This document shows, piece after piece, positions 51,129-63,819 of a stretch of DNA of 64,000 bases. The position numbers and the translations under genes are program-made. Under the pieces are notes generated by a model. That model was not told the origin of the DNA, searched no databases, and saw only the letters and a list, made by a program, of their open reading frames with translations. The stretch is from Octopus sinensis (Eukaryota). Within the stretch, counting starts at the first letter, position 1; each line of letters begins with the position of its first letter. The stretch is taken from contig NC_043001.1 of the NCBI RefSeq assembly GCF_006345805.1, positions 108,438,001 through 108,502,000 on the forward strand, in the 5' to 3' direction.

Positions 51129-52332
51129 CAGGGTGTGTAAGATATTTGAGGACAGATTTATGTTTATAAAAAAAAAACATATAATAACAGATAATAACTT
51201 TATTTATTAAAAAATGCTATGAGGATAGAAATTAACTTTTTCTATAATGCTATTCAATAAAGCCACCTTCAGCTTACAACCGCTTCTATACATGGTCTAA
51301 ATCATGTACATGCTTGAATTAGGTGGTCCTGGTCCATTTTGAACATTACTCTGACTATGGCAGCTTTCAAAGAATCTTTGGTGTTATGGGCGTGTTCATT
51401 GACCTTTCTCTCAACAACGCTCCACATGTAACAGTCCAATGGATTGAGATCTGGGGAATTAGGAGGCCAAATGTTTTGGGTTATGTGATCATGAAAATTT
51501 TCAGCCATCCATTCCTGTGTTACCAAAGCCATGTGTGATAGTGTAGAGTCTTACTGAAACACCCATGGCCTTCCATTGCATATACTGTCTATTCAGAGAT
51601 TAACAATTATTTTCAGGACCTCAATGTGAGCGGTAGAATTAACTCTAAGGCCTTGTGGAAAGACGTAAGGAGGTATCACATGTCCTTCATTGCTGACAAC
51701 CCCTATCACCATGACAGTTGCAGGAAATTTTGTATGCATAACACTTGGAACTTCAGAAGGATCTGCACATAACCATCTTTCATTTCTTCGGTTAACTTTT
51801 TGATCTTGGTCGAAGTTTTTCTCGTTTGATAAAAAACAAATCAAATCTTCTGCTACGTTTTCAGTTTGTTTAAGAGCCTTTTAGATCTGATGTAGTGATT
51901 TTCTTTTGTTTTTTCTTACAAATTGACCTTTCCTTATCATATAAGACTTATATCTGACTATTCCTTCTGACACATGGAGATTTTTTGCAATTGACCTCAT
52001 AGACTTTTTGAGGTTGTAATCAATGATTTGTTGAACTTGTTGGATAAATTCAGGTTTTCTGATGATTTCAGAGCGTCTAGAATACTTTTCATCCTTTCAT
52101 ACTTGTGATATGTTTCCATCTTCAGTCACTAGCTCCTTACAAACTTTGTAGATGAAAGATCTGGCAACTTTTAAAACTCAAGATATTTCTAAATCACAAT
52201 ACTCAGCCTTTCTAACAGCAATAATAGCATGCCGCTTCACTTCTTGAGTAAGCTGAGGGTCTACCATTATTATTTTCTGAAATAATGCAATGACCCCAAA
52301 AAGCTATGTCCTCAAATACCTTATGCACCCTG
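51129..52332 (-). mobile_element. Full-length but inactivated maT/DD37D-type Tc1-mariner transposon
   Basis: 26-bp TIRs cagggtgtgtaagatatttgaggaca / tgtcctcaaataccttatgcaccctg; transposase relics FLSNEKNF (FSDEK), HTKFPATVMV and WPPNSPDLNPLD; multiple stops and frameshifts. Confidence 0.9.
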
Positions 52333-53092
52333 TATATATATATAGAGAGAGAGAATCAGTCAGTTGTTCACAAGTGCACAACGAAAAGCATACTCTAAAA
52401 TCTTTTGAACAGTGTTAATTAATATAGTTGTTGGTTATGGCCAGTCAGGGAGTTACCATTGATTTTGTACTTATAATGCTCTTAGTGATACAGGTAACTC
52501 CTCACACTTGCTTGCCAGAGCCACAGAGAGATCATGTGTCTCTGGCCACCAGGTCTAATAAGTCACCTATATTGCTAAGAGAATTATAGGTGCAAAACCA
52601 ATGGTAAGTCCCTCACCAGCCATAACCAACAACTATATTGATTATGTGTGTGTGTGTGTGTGTATCAGTCTTCGACAACCTGTGGCCTGCAAGACTTTCT
52701 GAATGGTATGCCTGAGAAAAAATTACCTCAATTTTTTTTAATAGCACAGCTAGCTGATCAGCAGGAAAATTGGCTTGCTCACTTAGCTTATGCAGTGATA
52801 TCATTCAAAAACTAAAACGATGCAAAGCGCATTGTGACCAGCAAGGTATAACACCATCCAGTTGCCTTGTCAATCACATGATCATGTGATATATATATAT
52901 ATATACACACACACAACGGGCTTCTTTTAGTTTCCATCTGCCAAATCCATTCACAAGGCTTTGGTCAGTCTGAGGCTATAGTATAAGACACTCATCCAAG
53001 GTATCACACAAAAGGACTGAACCCGGGACCATGTGTTTCAAAACCAAACTTCTTACTACACAGCCAGCAGACTCATTTCTTTCAGCAATAGG

Positions 53093-53735
53093 TACAGGAG
53101 TGGCTGTGTGGTAAGTTGCTTGCTTACCAACCACATGGTTCTGGGTTCAGTCCTACTGTGTGGCACCTTGGGCAAGTATCTTCTACTTTAGCATCGGGCT
53201 GACCAAAGCCTTGTGAGTGGATTTCGTAGATGGAAACTGAAAGAAGCCTGTTGTTTATATATATATATACAAGGGTGAGTCAAAAAGTAATGCCATTTTG
53301 TTCAGGACAAGTATAATTACCAACACAAGAACATGTAAGATACATCAAAATGAAGCTGGTCCTCTGTGGATCACATCCCTACTTCTCATCATAGTCACCA
53401 TTTCTCTCAATAGTAATGTTCTACTTTCAAATGAGAGCATGTATCCCTGCCCCGTAAAATTCTGTTGACTGTTCTTTGAGCCACTTCTTCACTACAGTTT
53501 TCACTTCCTCGTCACTGGATTATCATCTTTCCGGCCCCATGAAAGAGGTTTTGAGAGACAAACATTATTCCACCGATACTGGTGTGTTTATGTCCCTGTA
53601 ACTTAGCAGTTCAGCAAAAGACACCTATAGAATAAGTACTAGGCTTACAAAGGATATGTCATTGAATCGATTTGCTCAACTCAAGGTGGTGCTCCAGCAT
53701 GGCCACAATCAAGTGACTGAAACAAATAAAAGAAT
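53093..53735 (+). mobile_element. Family A SINE interrupted by a mariner remnant
   Basis: 5' half to 53269; the 3' half resumes at caccgatactggtgtgttta (about 53571). Confidence 0.8.
53270..53572 (-). mobile_element. Mariner 3' remnant
   Basis: TIR caagggtgagtcaaaaag after TA; minus frame SSDEEVKTVVKKWLKEQSTEFYGAGIHALI*K*NITIERNGDYDEK* is a mariner C-terminus. Confidence 0.85.
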
Positions 53736-54064
53736 TAAAGAATAATAGTCAGTGGATAGTTTCTTCTTCACCTTCCATCGTCATCATCATTTTCCTCATC
53801 CTCCTTATCATCGGCATCATCGTTTTCATACATTATCATTCAAGAATCTAGCATTAAATCTGTTAATTAAATTTTCTACTCCATTTTAAGATTGTTTATT
53901 CCTTTAAATCAATGCTGTTTTCCATAATTCTTTACCTCACCCCCCAACCCCCCATCTCTCTCCCCAATTCGCTCTAGTTTCTCACCACCATCCCCTTGCT
54001 TACCAGCTTTCATTCTTTCCTTTTTCCTTTTTATGTTCATGTTGTTGTGATTATTATTATTATT

Positions 54065-54120
<56 letters not shown>

Positions 54121-54129
54121 TATTATTAT

Positions 54130-54570
54130 CATCATTCAATGACTGGCATCCGTGCTAGCGGGGTGCAAAGAGCACCATTCGAGTGTGATCGTTACCAGCG
54201 TCGCCTTACTGGCACTTGGCCCGTGCTAGTAGGGTGCCAAGAACACCATCCGAGCATGATCGTTGCCAGAGCAGCCAAGTGGCTTCCGTGCTGGTGGCAC
54301 ATAAAAGGGCACCATTCAAGCGTGATCATTACCAACATCACCTTACTGACACCTGTGCCGGTGGCATGTGTAATAAGATTTGAGTGAGGTCATTGCCAGT
54401 AGCACCCACTACACTCTCGGAGTGGTTGGCATTAGGAAGGGCATCCAGCTGTAGAAACTCTGCCAGATCAAAATTGGAGCCTGGTACAGCCATCTGGTTC
54501 ACCATTCCTCAGTCAAAATCATCCAACCCATGCTAGCATGGAAAGTGGACATTAAATGATAATGATGAAG
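54130..54570 (+). mobile_element. Family C retroposon, long 5' variant
   Basis: Several aagagcaccattcgag subrepeats, core and GAT tail. Confidence 0.8.
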
Positions 54571-54784
54571 GTGATGAGTTGTCAAAATTGTTAGCACACC
54601 AGACAAAATGCTTAGCAGTATTTCACCTGCCGCTATGTCCTGAGTTCAAATTCCTCTGAGGTTGACTTTGCCTTTCATCCTTTCGGGTTCCATTAAATAA
54701 GTACCAGTTATGCACTGGGGTCGATGTAATTGACTCATCCCCTTCCCCAAAATGGCTACCCTTGTGGCAAAATTTGAAACATTA

Positions 54785-55195
54785 TTATAATTATTATTAT
54801 TATTATTGAGTGAGAGAGCAGTGCATGCCATCAAAGTGACACTGGGGTAAAATATACGAAGCCCAGTATACCCATCATGACTATCCGTCTGATAAAGGTA
54901 CCCTAGCTACATGCATCACAACCATATGTGCACAAAATGATGATCTTATATCAAGATAAACAGTATATGACCTTGCAGTTGGAGTCCAGTTAGAATTTTC
55001 TTCTGGTCGAGTAGCCCATCCTACTCAAAAGGTCCCTCAATAAGGGTTGTTTAAGGATGTTGAACAAACCACCCATGTTTCCAAAGATGAATTATCCAAA
55101 CCTCTAAGAATTCCTTTCAACTCATGGCTATGATGCTCCCCCACTACTTCTGCTCGTGGTCAGAGATGCACATATCGTCAGCCTCTAAGGGACAT
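54785..55195 (-). mobile_element. Family E retroposon with (AAT)n tail
   Basis: (att)n at the left followed by a ~380-bp unique-looking body; only one copy in the window, so the repeat status is inferred. Confidence 0.45.
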
Positions 55196-55419
55196 TATTA
55201 TTTTTTTTTTTTTTTTTTTTTGTATTTGGTTGTGCAGCCACAAACACAAGAAATTACAAATGAAGACAGAATGGAATCCTCAACAAGAAAATTAAATCAA
55301 TAAAATAAGATAAAATAAAATTTAAAAATATATTAATTTCTTTGTTTTGGCTTTAAACAAATCTTTGGAAAAAAAAATTAGTTTTAGAAATTTAAATTCA
55401 TTAGTGTTGATCTTCTTTC

Positions 55420-55665
55420 CATCATCATCATTACCATTATCATCATCGTCTTCATCATCATCGTCATCATCATCATCATAATCATCATCAGCATCATCAT
55501 CTTCATCATCGTCATCTTCATCATCATCATTACCATTATCATCATCTCCATCATCATCATCATTACTATTATCATCATCATCTTCATCATCATCATCATC
55601 ATCATCGTCATCTTCATCATCATCATTATCACCATTATCATCATCACCATTATTATCTGCTATCA
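55420..55665. repeat. Degenerate (CAT)n microsatellite
   Basis: Direct inspection; gives the poly-Asp and poly-Met ORFs. Confidence 0.9.
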
Positions 55666-55759
55666 TCTACTCCCACTAAGCTAAGTATCATTGATCTCAG
55701 CCTCCACTTTTCTCTTTTCTCTCCTTATACACACACTCTGTTGTAAGTTTCTCCAATTC

Positions 55760-55935
55760 TTCATATTAACCATTTGTGTGATTCCAGTTTTACCCTTTTA
55801 TCTTTCATACACCAGTTTTGGGTTTTTTTCTTTTTGTTCCTAATTAAATGTCCAAAATATTTTGGTTTGCTTTTATTAATGATCTCTAATAGAATTCTCT
55901 TAATTTTCACAATTTTTAGTATTTTATGACTGAAT
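55760..55935 (-). mobile_element. RTE-X-like LINE 3' remnant
   Basis: RILLEIINKSKPKYFGHLIR. Confidence 0.5.
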
Positions 55936-56509
55936 TTGTGTTGTTTGCTTCTGGACCATATGGTTCCGGGTTCAGTCCCACAGCCTAGTATCTTGGGCAA
56001 GTGTCATTTAGTATAGCCTCATGCCAACCAAAGTCTTGTGGGTGGATTTGATAGACATACGTAACTCACACATTATAAATATGGAAAGCTTTTCTCAAGT
56101 TTAAAATGCAACATTGTTTTTTGTTATCTATGCTGTTGCCAGAACTGCCTGACTGGTCCTCATGCCAGTGGCACATAAAAGCACCCACTACACTCTTGGA
56201 GTGGTTGGCATTAGGAAGGGCATCCAGCTGTAGAAAATATGCCACATCAAGATTGGAGCGTGGTACAGCCATCTGGTTCGCCAGTCCTCAATCAAATCGT
56301 CCAACCCGTGCTAGCATGGAAAGCGGACGTTAAACGATGATGATGATGATTCTTCACACATACATACAAAAAAATGCATGTATATGCATTGATAAAGCTG
56401 TATTAATGATAATATTTCATGTGTTTACAGTTGACAACATGTGCTGTCTCGCACACGGAAACTAACGAATGAATCGTTACAAGTTGATGACAAGTCTGAG
56501 ACTGAAAAC

Positions 56510-57020
56510 GATTCAGAATTTGAACTCAGAACTTAAAGACAGACAAAATACTGCTAAGCATTTCACTCAGCAAGTTAACATCTCTGCCAGCTCGCCGCCT
56601 TAGAGCTGGAACAAATATTCTTTTCTACTCTAGGCACAAGGGTCGAAATTTTGGGGGAGGGAGCCAGTCGATTAGATCAACCCCAGTACTTATTTATCGA
56701 CCCCAAAAGGATGAAAGGTAAAGTCGACCTCTATGGAATTTGAACTCAGAGTGTAAAGACAGACAAAATACTGCTAAGCAGTATTTATTTCTTTATTGCC
56801 TATAAGGGGCTAAACATAGAGGGGACAAAGAAGGACAGACAAAGAGATTAAGTCAATTACATCGACCCCAGTGCATAACTGATATTTAATTTATCGACCC
56901 CGAAAGGATGAAAGGCAAAGTCGACCTTGCTTGAATTTGAACTCAGAACGTAAAGACAGACGAAATACCACTAAGCATTTCACCTGGTGTGCTAACGTTT
57001 CTACCAGTTCGCCACCTTTA
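56510..57020 (-). mobile_element. Cluster of nested/tandem family B SINEs
   Basis: Three partial or complete copies with both tail types. Confidence 0.8.
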
Positions 57021-57129
57021 ATAATTGTCAAAATATTAAGAAGAGAATGAAACAGAACTTTACATTAAAGCTAATGTTGTTTAGAATTATAACTGCTGAC
57101 AAAATTTGAATTTAGGATACAATTCAACT

Positions 57130-57530
57130 GTAGACAGACAATTCGACGACAGACAGTTGGCCAACAGACAACTTACAGACAGGACAATTGACCAAATGGA
57201 CAATATGTCGACATATTTCTTCCTTAACTTTTGCAGCGTGATTTTCAATCAGCGTAAGTGGATGTACGTGTTCAGAAGGAGTTGTGCTAATTTCATCATT
57301 AATCGTTGTCAGTCTAGCACTGCATGGTTTACAATTTGCACATCTCTAATAAGTCTTTTCTTTTCTGGTTCTATCAATAATATAGGTGTACCCTTCATAT
57401 AGAAGCTTTCTGCCTCCTCATTCTATTTTTGATAAATTCCATGATCGATTCTTCCGCATGTCAACTTAATGTTCAGTCAGCCAATTGTCCAATCGGCGAA
57501 TTGTCTGTCGACAAATTGTCTGAACACACA
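57130..57530 (-). mobile_element. Non-autonomous MULE (Phantom-like) with FLYWCH relic
   Basis: TIRs built from gacagacaatt subrepeats; frameshifted minus-strand MEFIKNR..GGRKLLYEGYTYIIDRTRK..C..C.ARLTT..SEHVHP fits the FLYWCH zinc-finger pattern. Confidence 0.7.
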
Positions 57531-57844
57531 ATTCACCTTTCATGTCTTAAGTAGGTCACAGTAGGACAATGAAAATTGAGACTCTCCAAGAAATAGATGG
57601 AAGTGAAGTTAACAGCCTTTTAGTGTGGAGTGGTCCTCAGCCCTTTTGTTTTTGCTTATGGACCCCTTTGATTCCTGTTTTATTCTGCTGGATGTCCATA
57701 GCCATTTGATATATACAAAAAGACCTACTGTATTTTCACAATAAATGCGATTCTGGAATTGTATGAAAAAATCTCAATACTTTGTGTATTGTAAAATGTA
57801 GGCAATTTATTGCATATAAACTTCAACAAGCACTATTCGGGCAT

Positions 57845-58335
57845 GGCTGATGCTATCATTCAAGTGTGGATGACTGGCACCCATGCTGGTGGCACATAAA
57901 AAGCACCATTCGAGTGTGGCCGATACCAATGCCGCCTGACTGCCACATAAAAAGCACCACTTAAGCATGGCCAATGTCATGGCCGCCTAACTGGCTTTTG
58001 TGCTGGTGGCACAGAAAAAAAACACCATATGTGTCTGGCCGATGCCAGTGCCACCTGACTGGCTCTTATGCTGGTGGCACATAAAAACATCCACTACACT
58101 CTCAGAGTGGTTGGCATTAGGAAGGGCCTCCAGCTGTAGAAACATTGCTAGATCAGATTGGAACCTGATGCAGCCACTGGCTTTCCAGATCTCAGTCAAA
58201 CTGTCCAACCTATGCCAGCATGGAAAGTGGACGTTAAACGACAATGATGATGATGATGATGATGATAATGATGATGATGATGATGATAATGATGATAATG
58301 ATGATAATGATGATGATGATGATGAGGATGATGAT
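57845..58335 (+). mobile_element. Family C retroposon with 4 5' subrepeats and expanded (GAT)n tail
   Basis: Direct match to family C. Confidence 0.85.
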
Positions 58336-59736
58336 GACCCTCACCAATTCCAGAGGAACTGCAAAGACCAACAGCGTTTCCCCTTATTCCCGACCCAGTT
58401 CGTCTTTTATCTTTTACTTGTTTCAGTCATTGGATTGCAGCCATGCTGGGATACGGCTGTCAAGGGTTTTGGTAGAATGAACTGACCCCAGGAATTTTTA
58501 AAACCTGGTACTTATTCTGTTGGATTCTTTTTTGCTAAAACTGCTAATTTCCAGGGATGTAAACAAACCAACACAAGTTGTCTAGTGGTGAATGGGGGGA
58601 GGGCAACAAACACACACATACATACATATATACATACATGAATACTTACATACGTATGTACGTACATATGCATGTATGTGTGTATGTACATACTTGTGTG
58701 TGTACATACTTGTGTGTGTGTGTGTGTGGAGACAAGCAACGGTCAGCAACAGTAAAGACATCCACCCATAGAAAAGTCTGTCTCAACAGGTTCTACCCTA
58801 TTTGTGTAACCATGATAAAGGGCATGTTAAAACGATAATGGTGGTGGTAATGATAGCAGTGGCATTAAGTGTGGTGGTGATTGTGGTGGTAGTATTAGTA
58901 GTAATAGTAGTAATAGTAGTAGCAGTAGCAGCAGCAGCAGCAGCCGTTGAAGAATTTGGACCTGGAGATCTCCATTTCCAGAGACTTCGAGGGCCACCTC
59001 CCAGTGATGTTGGGCGTCAACAAAGAGCCCTACAAGATGACCAAAGATTTTTTCTTTTTCCCAAGGTCTGGGTTCTCCCGCCCCTAAGCCCTAGACCATC
59101 ACCTAATCACTCTTACCCGTCTTGTTGCTTAACAACAACAACAACAGCTGGGGGAGGAGGAGGAGGAGGAGGAATTATCAGGTCAGTCACACTGGCAGTT
59201 TGGGTAGATCTTCTGGCAAAATATCTTACAGTATTTGTGTCTACACATTCTAAGTTCAAACACCAACAAAGTCAGTCTTTATTTCTCATTCTCCAGAATC
59301 GACAAAATGAGTGTTAAAAATATAGAAGTCTCGTGGCCTGATTTAATTGATTACATTCATGCCCCCACCCCCACCCCACAAAAAAAAATCGTGATCTTGT
59401 GTCTGCATTAGAAATAATAAATCAAGACCAGCTATCTTTAATTGAAACAGTTTTATTTCATACAAAAAAAAATAAAAAATAATAAGTGAGTGAGGATCTA
59501 TAATTCAAAATTTAGTCAATATATTTTAAGACGATGCAATTCATGAGTTATTGAATCAATGCCAAGTGAGGTCTTTGAAGCATCCAACATTAGGAGCTTC
59601 TCATGCTTATCATTTCCTGTTAAAGCCTGAATCTCACTTAATCCCAAAACACAGCTTTGTGTCTTTATTAGAAATCAATATTCAAACTAATTTTGAAGAA
59701 AATTCCATAGTGTTGTTTTGAAATCATAACATTTAA

Positions 59737-59957
59737 CCCTTTTGTTGCCATATTTCTGTTGAAATAAATGGTGTTTGTTTCAATTAATTTCGAAAATAAT
59801 GAAGAATTCAATAAAATGACTTTATCGTTATTCAGCTGTTGTTTGGAACGTGAATTAACGAGAAATTTTGGCAGGAAGTTTAAATTAGATCGCTTTAAAT
59901 TGGGAAGTTTATATCGTAGAACCAGAGGTGGTCTCAGGAGGATTGGCATCAAAAGGG
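59737..59957. mobile_element. piggyBac-like MITE, intact
   Basis: TTAA TSDs (59733-59736, 59958-59961) and TIRs cccttttgttgcca / tggcatcaaaaggg; partial relatives at about 15684 and 18178. Confidence 0.9.
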
Positions 59958-60164
59958 TTAAATATTAATTAAATCAAACATGGATTCAAGCATAGCCGAG
60001 TGGTTAAGATGTTGTGAGTGTTGTTGTTGTTGTTGTGGTAGTCATGGTAGGTGATGGTGAATGAAAATGTATTTCTAAGGCTGCCTGTAGAAGGAATTAA
60101 CAATATTCCTGAACATTTAACAGAAGCCTTATTTACTGCACTTTGTGTTTTCTATGTAGAAATA

Positions 60165-60695
60165 GGCGTAGGAGTGCCTGTGTGGTAAGTAGCTTGCTTA
60201 TGAACCACATAGTTCCAGGTTCAGTCCTACTGTGTGGCACCTTGGGCAAGTGTCTTCTACTATAGCCTTGGGCCGACCAAAGCTTTGTGAGTGGATTTGG
60301 TAGACAGAAACTGAAAGAAGCCCGTCGTATGCATATAAAAAGCACCATCAAGCATCAAGGAAGGGCATCAAGCTGTAGAAACACTGCCAGATCAGATTGG
60401 AGCCTGGTGCAGCCTCCTGACTTTCCAGACCCCAGTCAAACAGTCCAACCCATGCTAGCATGGAAAACGGATGTTAAACGACGATGATATGTATGTATGT
60501 GTGTCTGTGTTTGTCCCCACCCCCGACATCGCTTGACAATGCTGGTGTGTTTACGTCCCAGTAACTTAGCAGTTCAGCAAAAGAGACTGATAGAATAAGT
60601 ACTAGGCTTACAAAGAATAAGTCCTGGGGTTGATTTGCTCGACTAAAGGCGGTGCTCCAGCATGGCCACAGTCAAATGACTGAAACAAGTAACAG
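60165..60695 (+). mobile_element. Family A SINE with a family C copy (60330-60487) nested in its internal microsatellite
   Basis: The two halves flank a family C core and tail. Confidence 0.8.
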
Positions 60696-61002
60696 AGTAG
60701 GTCCTTCGACAAAAATTCTCTTTGTCAATTACATACAGGGAGAAACATGCTACTGGAATCTACAACTGATTTAGCAACTGGAAAATGATCTCACTGTAGT
60801 CATGGTAACAAAATTTGTGCCTTCTGTCTGCCAAGGACTGGTGATGAAATGAGAACAGAGACATTGATCAATGGTCTCAATGTTCTGCGAGCAGCTCCTT
60901 CACATTCTGCAATTACTGCCATAAACCACCTTTATATAGGGCTCAATGAGAAAATACTAGAAAGTCAAGTCACATAATGGCTTGACAATATATATATACA
61001 TG

Positions 61003-61240
61003 TTCCTTCTCGAGCCATGCCAGGCTCATAAGGGCCAGTTTCAGTGGCGTAGAAATTCCCTACCTGGACGGGACGCCAGTCCGTCGCAGGATTACTCATT
61101 TTTGCCAGCTGAGTGAACTGGAGCAACGTGAAAATGAAGTGTTTTGCTCAAGAACACAACGCATCGCCCGGTCCAGGAATCGAAACCACAACCTTATGAT
61201 CATGAGTTCAACACCCTAACCACTAAGCCACACGCCTTCA
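61003..61240 (-). mobile_element. V-like SINE variant (different central domain)
   Basis: Shares the 3' gagccatgccaggctc and gacgggacgccagtccgtcgcagg with family D but has a different tRNA head and middle. Confidence 0.7.
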
Positions 61241-61912
61241 CAATGGTTCAACACCGATTGGTCAGTTAAATAGCCAATCACATGAAATGGCAATGGTCTC
61301 ACTGTGGTACCTGTCCAATTACTTCATGATTCAGTTTTGAATCTGCTACAAAGGAATCTTGAGGTTTTGGGTTCCGTCCCTCTGCATGGCATCTTGGGCA
61401 AGCGATTTTTTCCATAGCTTCAGGGTCATCTATAAAACTCTGTGAAACTCCCTTAGAAGCATTGTACCAGTAATTCAAAAATTCGGCCTTGTCACATGCT
61501 GCGGTTGAGCTGATTCAGCTTATGTTAAGGGTTACGTGTGTCGGGTATACACAGCCATTTATACATTAAGTTAACAAATCCAGTCGATTGATCAGTAGAA
61601 TGCTCACCATTGAAACCAAAGAAGGGTCAAACAAACTAAGCAATACATTTCTTTTTATGTTTATCATATTTAAATACATTGTGTGTGTGTATGTGTGTGT
61701 TTTAAGATTTCACTTAGGCATAGCAATACTAACAACCTGCTGTTAGAACTCAATGTATATGTATCTCGGACTAAAGCATTTCATGAGTACAGAACATAAT
61801 ACAAAATAAATGCTCCTTCATGCACCTTCACTGCTAGATTATTAGTGTATAAGCTGTATGGTCATATCCTGTTGTAGTATTCTTAGGCAAAACACTTCAT
61901 CTATTAAGAATT

Positions 61913-62213
61913 TGTTCCTTCTCAAGCCATGCCTGGCTCATAAGGGCCGGTTTCCTGGTTTCCTTGGTGTATAGGTTCCCCACCTGAATGGGACGCCGGT
62001 CCGTCGCAGGTGAGCTGCAAGATGCAGAAGGAAAGAGTGAGAGAAAGTTGTGGCGAAAGAGTTAGCAGAAGTTCACCATTACCTTCTGCTGGAGCCGCAT
62101 GGAGCTTAGGTGTTTCGCTCATAAACACACACACACATCGCCCAGTCTGAGATTCGAACCCGCAATCTCTCGACTGCAAGTCTGCTGCTCTAACCACTAG
62201 GCCATGTGCATCC
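61913..62213 (-). mobile_element. Family D (V-like) SINE, full length
   Basis: Reverse complement of 20872-21150. Confidence 0.85.
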
Positions 62214-62431
62214 ACTATTTATTAAGAATACCTTTACACAAGACTGAGTGAAAAGAATATTGCCTTTCAATTTCCTGTTGCAATTAGAAACCTGAAATGC
62301 AACAATGTAAAATTATGCTTCATTCTCTGAGAGAGATGCAAAGATATAAAGTGCTGTGATTTAAAAGAAGAAACAGTTACAAAGTCTCATTTTACAAGAC
62401 AAAGACCAAAGGTCAGTTGTTCTGTTTATTA

Positions 62432-62503
62432 TTAATGCAAAGCTTTGTTTCCATAAGCGACCAGATCCACGGAATCGGTCATTGATGTTGGTTTTAATTC
62501 ATT
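62432..62503 (-). CDS. Probable terminal coding exon of an upstream minus-strand gene
   Basis: Strong acceptor gttttctttttctcattttgttacag| at 62504; phase-0 NELKPTSMTDSVDLVAYGNKALH*; AATAAA at 62425-62430 and 62218-62223. Confidence 0.4.
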   Translation of the reverse strand, partial: NELKPTSMTDSVDLVAYGNKALH

Positions 62504-62574
62504 CTGTAACAAAATGAGAAAAAGAAAACAATGAATTGAAGTACAGTTTTATTCATTATTTATTTCTTCATGTG

Positions 62575-63045
62575 CCACCTGACTGGCACCCATGCCAGTA
62601 GCACATAAAAAGCACCATCTTGGAGTGGTTGGCATTAGGAAGGGCTCCCAGCTGTGTAGAAACCTTGCCAAATCAGATTGGAGCCTAGTGCAGCCTCCCA
62701 GCTCACTGGTCCTCAGTCGAACTGTCCAACCCATGCCAGCATGGAAAGCGGACTTTAACTGATGACAACGACGACAATGATAATGGTGGCGGCGGCGGCG
62801 GTGGCGGTGGTGGTGATGCAGATGATGATGATGATGATGATGGTTGTGATGATGATGATGATGATGATGATAATATGATGATGATGATGATGATGATGAT
62901 GATGGTTGTGATGATGATGATGATGATGATGACGACGACGATGATGATGGTTGTGATGATGATGATGATGATGATGGTTGTGATGATGATAATGATGATG
63001 ATGGCGGTGGTGATGATGATGATGATGATGATGTTGATGATGGTT
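62575..63045 (+). mobile_element. Family C retroposon with ~280-bp expanded (GAT)n/(GGT) tail
   Basis: Core at 62575-62765 continues directly into the microsatellite. Confidence 0.85.
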
Positions 63046-63265
63046 CTATAAGGAAGAGAGTTAATTGCATTTATTTCCTAAACGATGTTAACACAAACAA
63101 TTCATTCGGTTGTTTGATTGCTGCTTTCAAACAACATCAGCGATGGCTTCCTATGTATTGCTCTTGTCTGTCTCCTTGTTCATTAGATTGTTCCAGAACA
63201 AAGTCTGCTTCAGCTAACAAAACTAAACGCATCCTACTTCTTCTCTCATTGTCACTTACCTTACC

Positions 63266-63307
<42 letters not shown>

Positions 63308-63520
63308 CACATTCACGAAAAACAAACAAAAACAAAAAAAACCCCCCATTTGCAACACATGCACACACTATCACCACAATGCACATGCACACATGCACAA
63401 TACACATGCATATGTTTGCAAACAGGCGCATAAATACCACCCACCTCCAACGCATACTTTCAAACATATACATTACGCCGACCCACTCATAAACATTACC
63501 TCTACCCGTCACCCACTTTC

Positions 63521-63552
<32 letters not shown>

Positions 63553-63819
63553 TACATACATACACACACATGAACATACACTACATACCCATACACTTGC
63601 ATACACGTCCATGACAGAGTACTTTTCCAGTTTTTTTCCTTCTTTTCACATCCGCCACAACCTGCTCCTCCATATTTTTTTTTTTTTTTTGTTTTTTCAT
63701 CAAAATGAATTAATTAGAATTTCATTTTGGAATGGTGTCAAATAGCGTCTCACGTTAATCTTTTTGTCTTTTAACCCTGGGTCAGACTTGATCATGTAGA
63801 TTTGAGTCACTGCAATGGT

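Noticed and set aside
55322-55666. Poly-Asp ORF resembling acidic biomineralisation proteins
   Set aside because: No signal peptide or splice signals; indistinguishable from the many (GAT)n tracts in the window.
62549-63070. Ser/His-rich mucin-like ORF
   Set aside because: It is the expanded (GAT)n tail of a family C retroposon and reads straight into the element with no donor.
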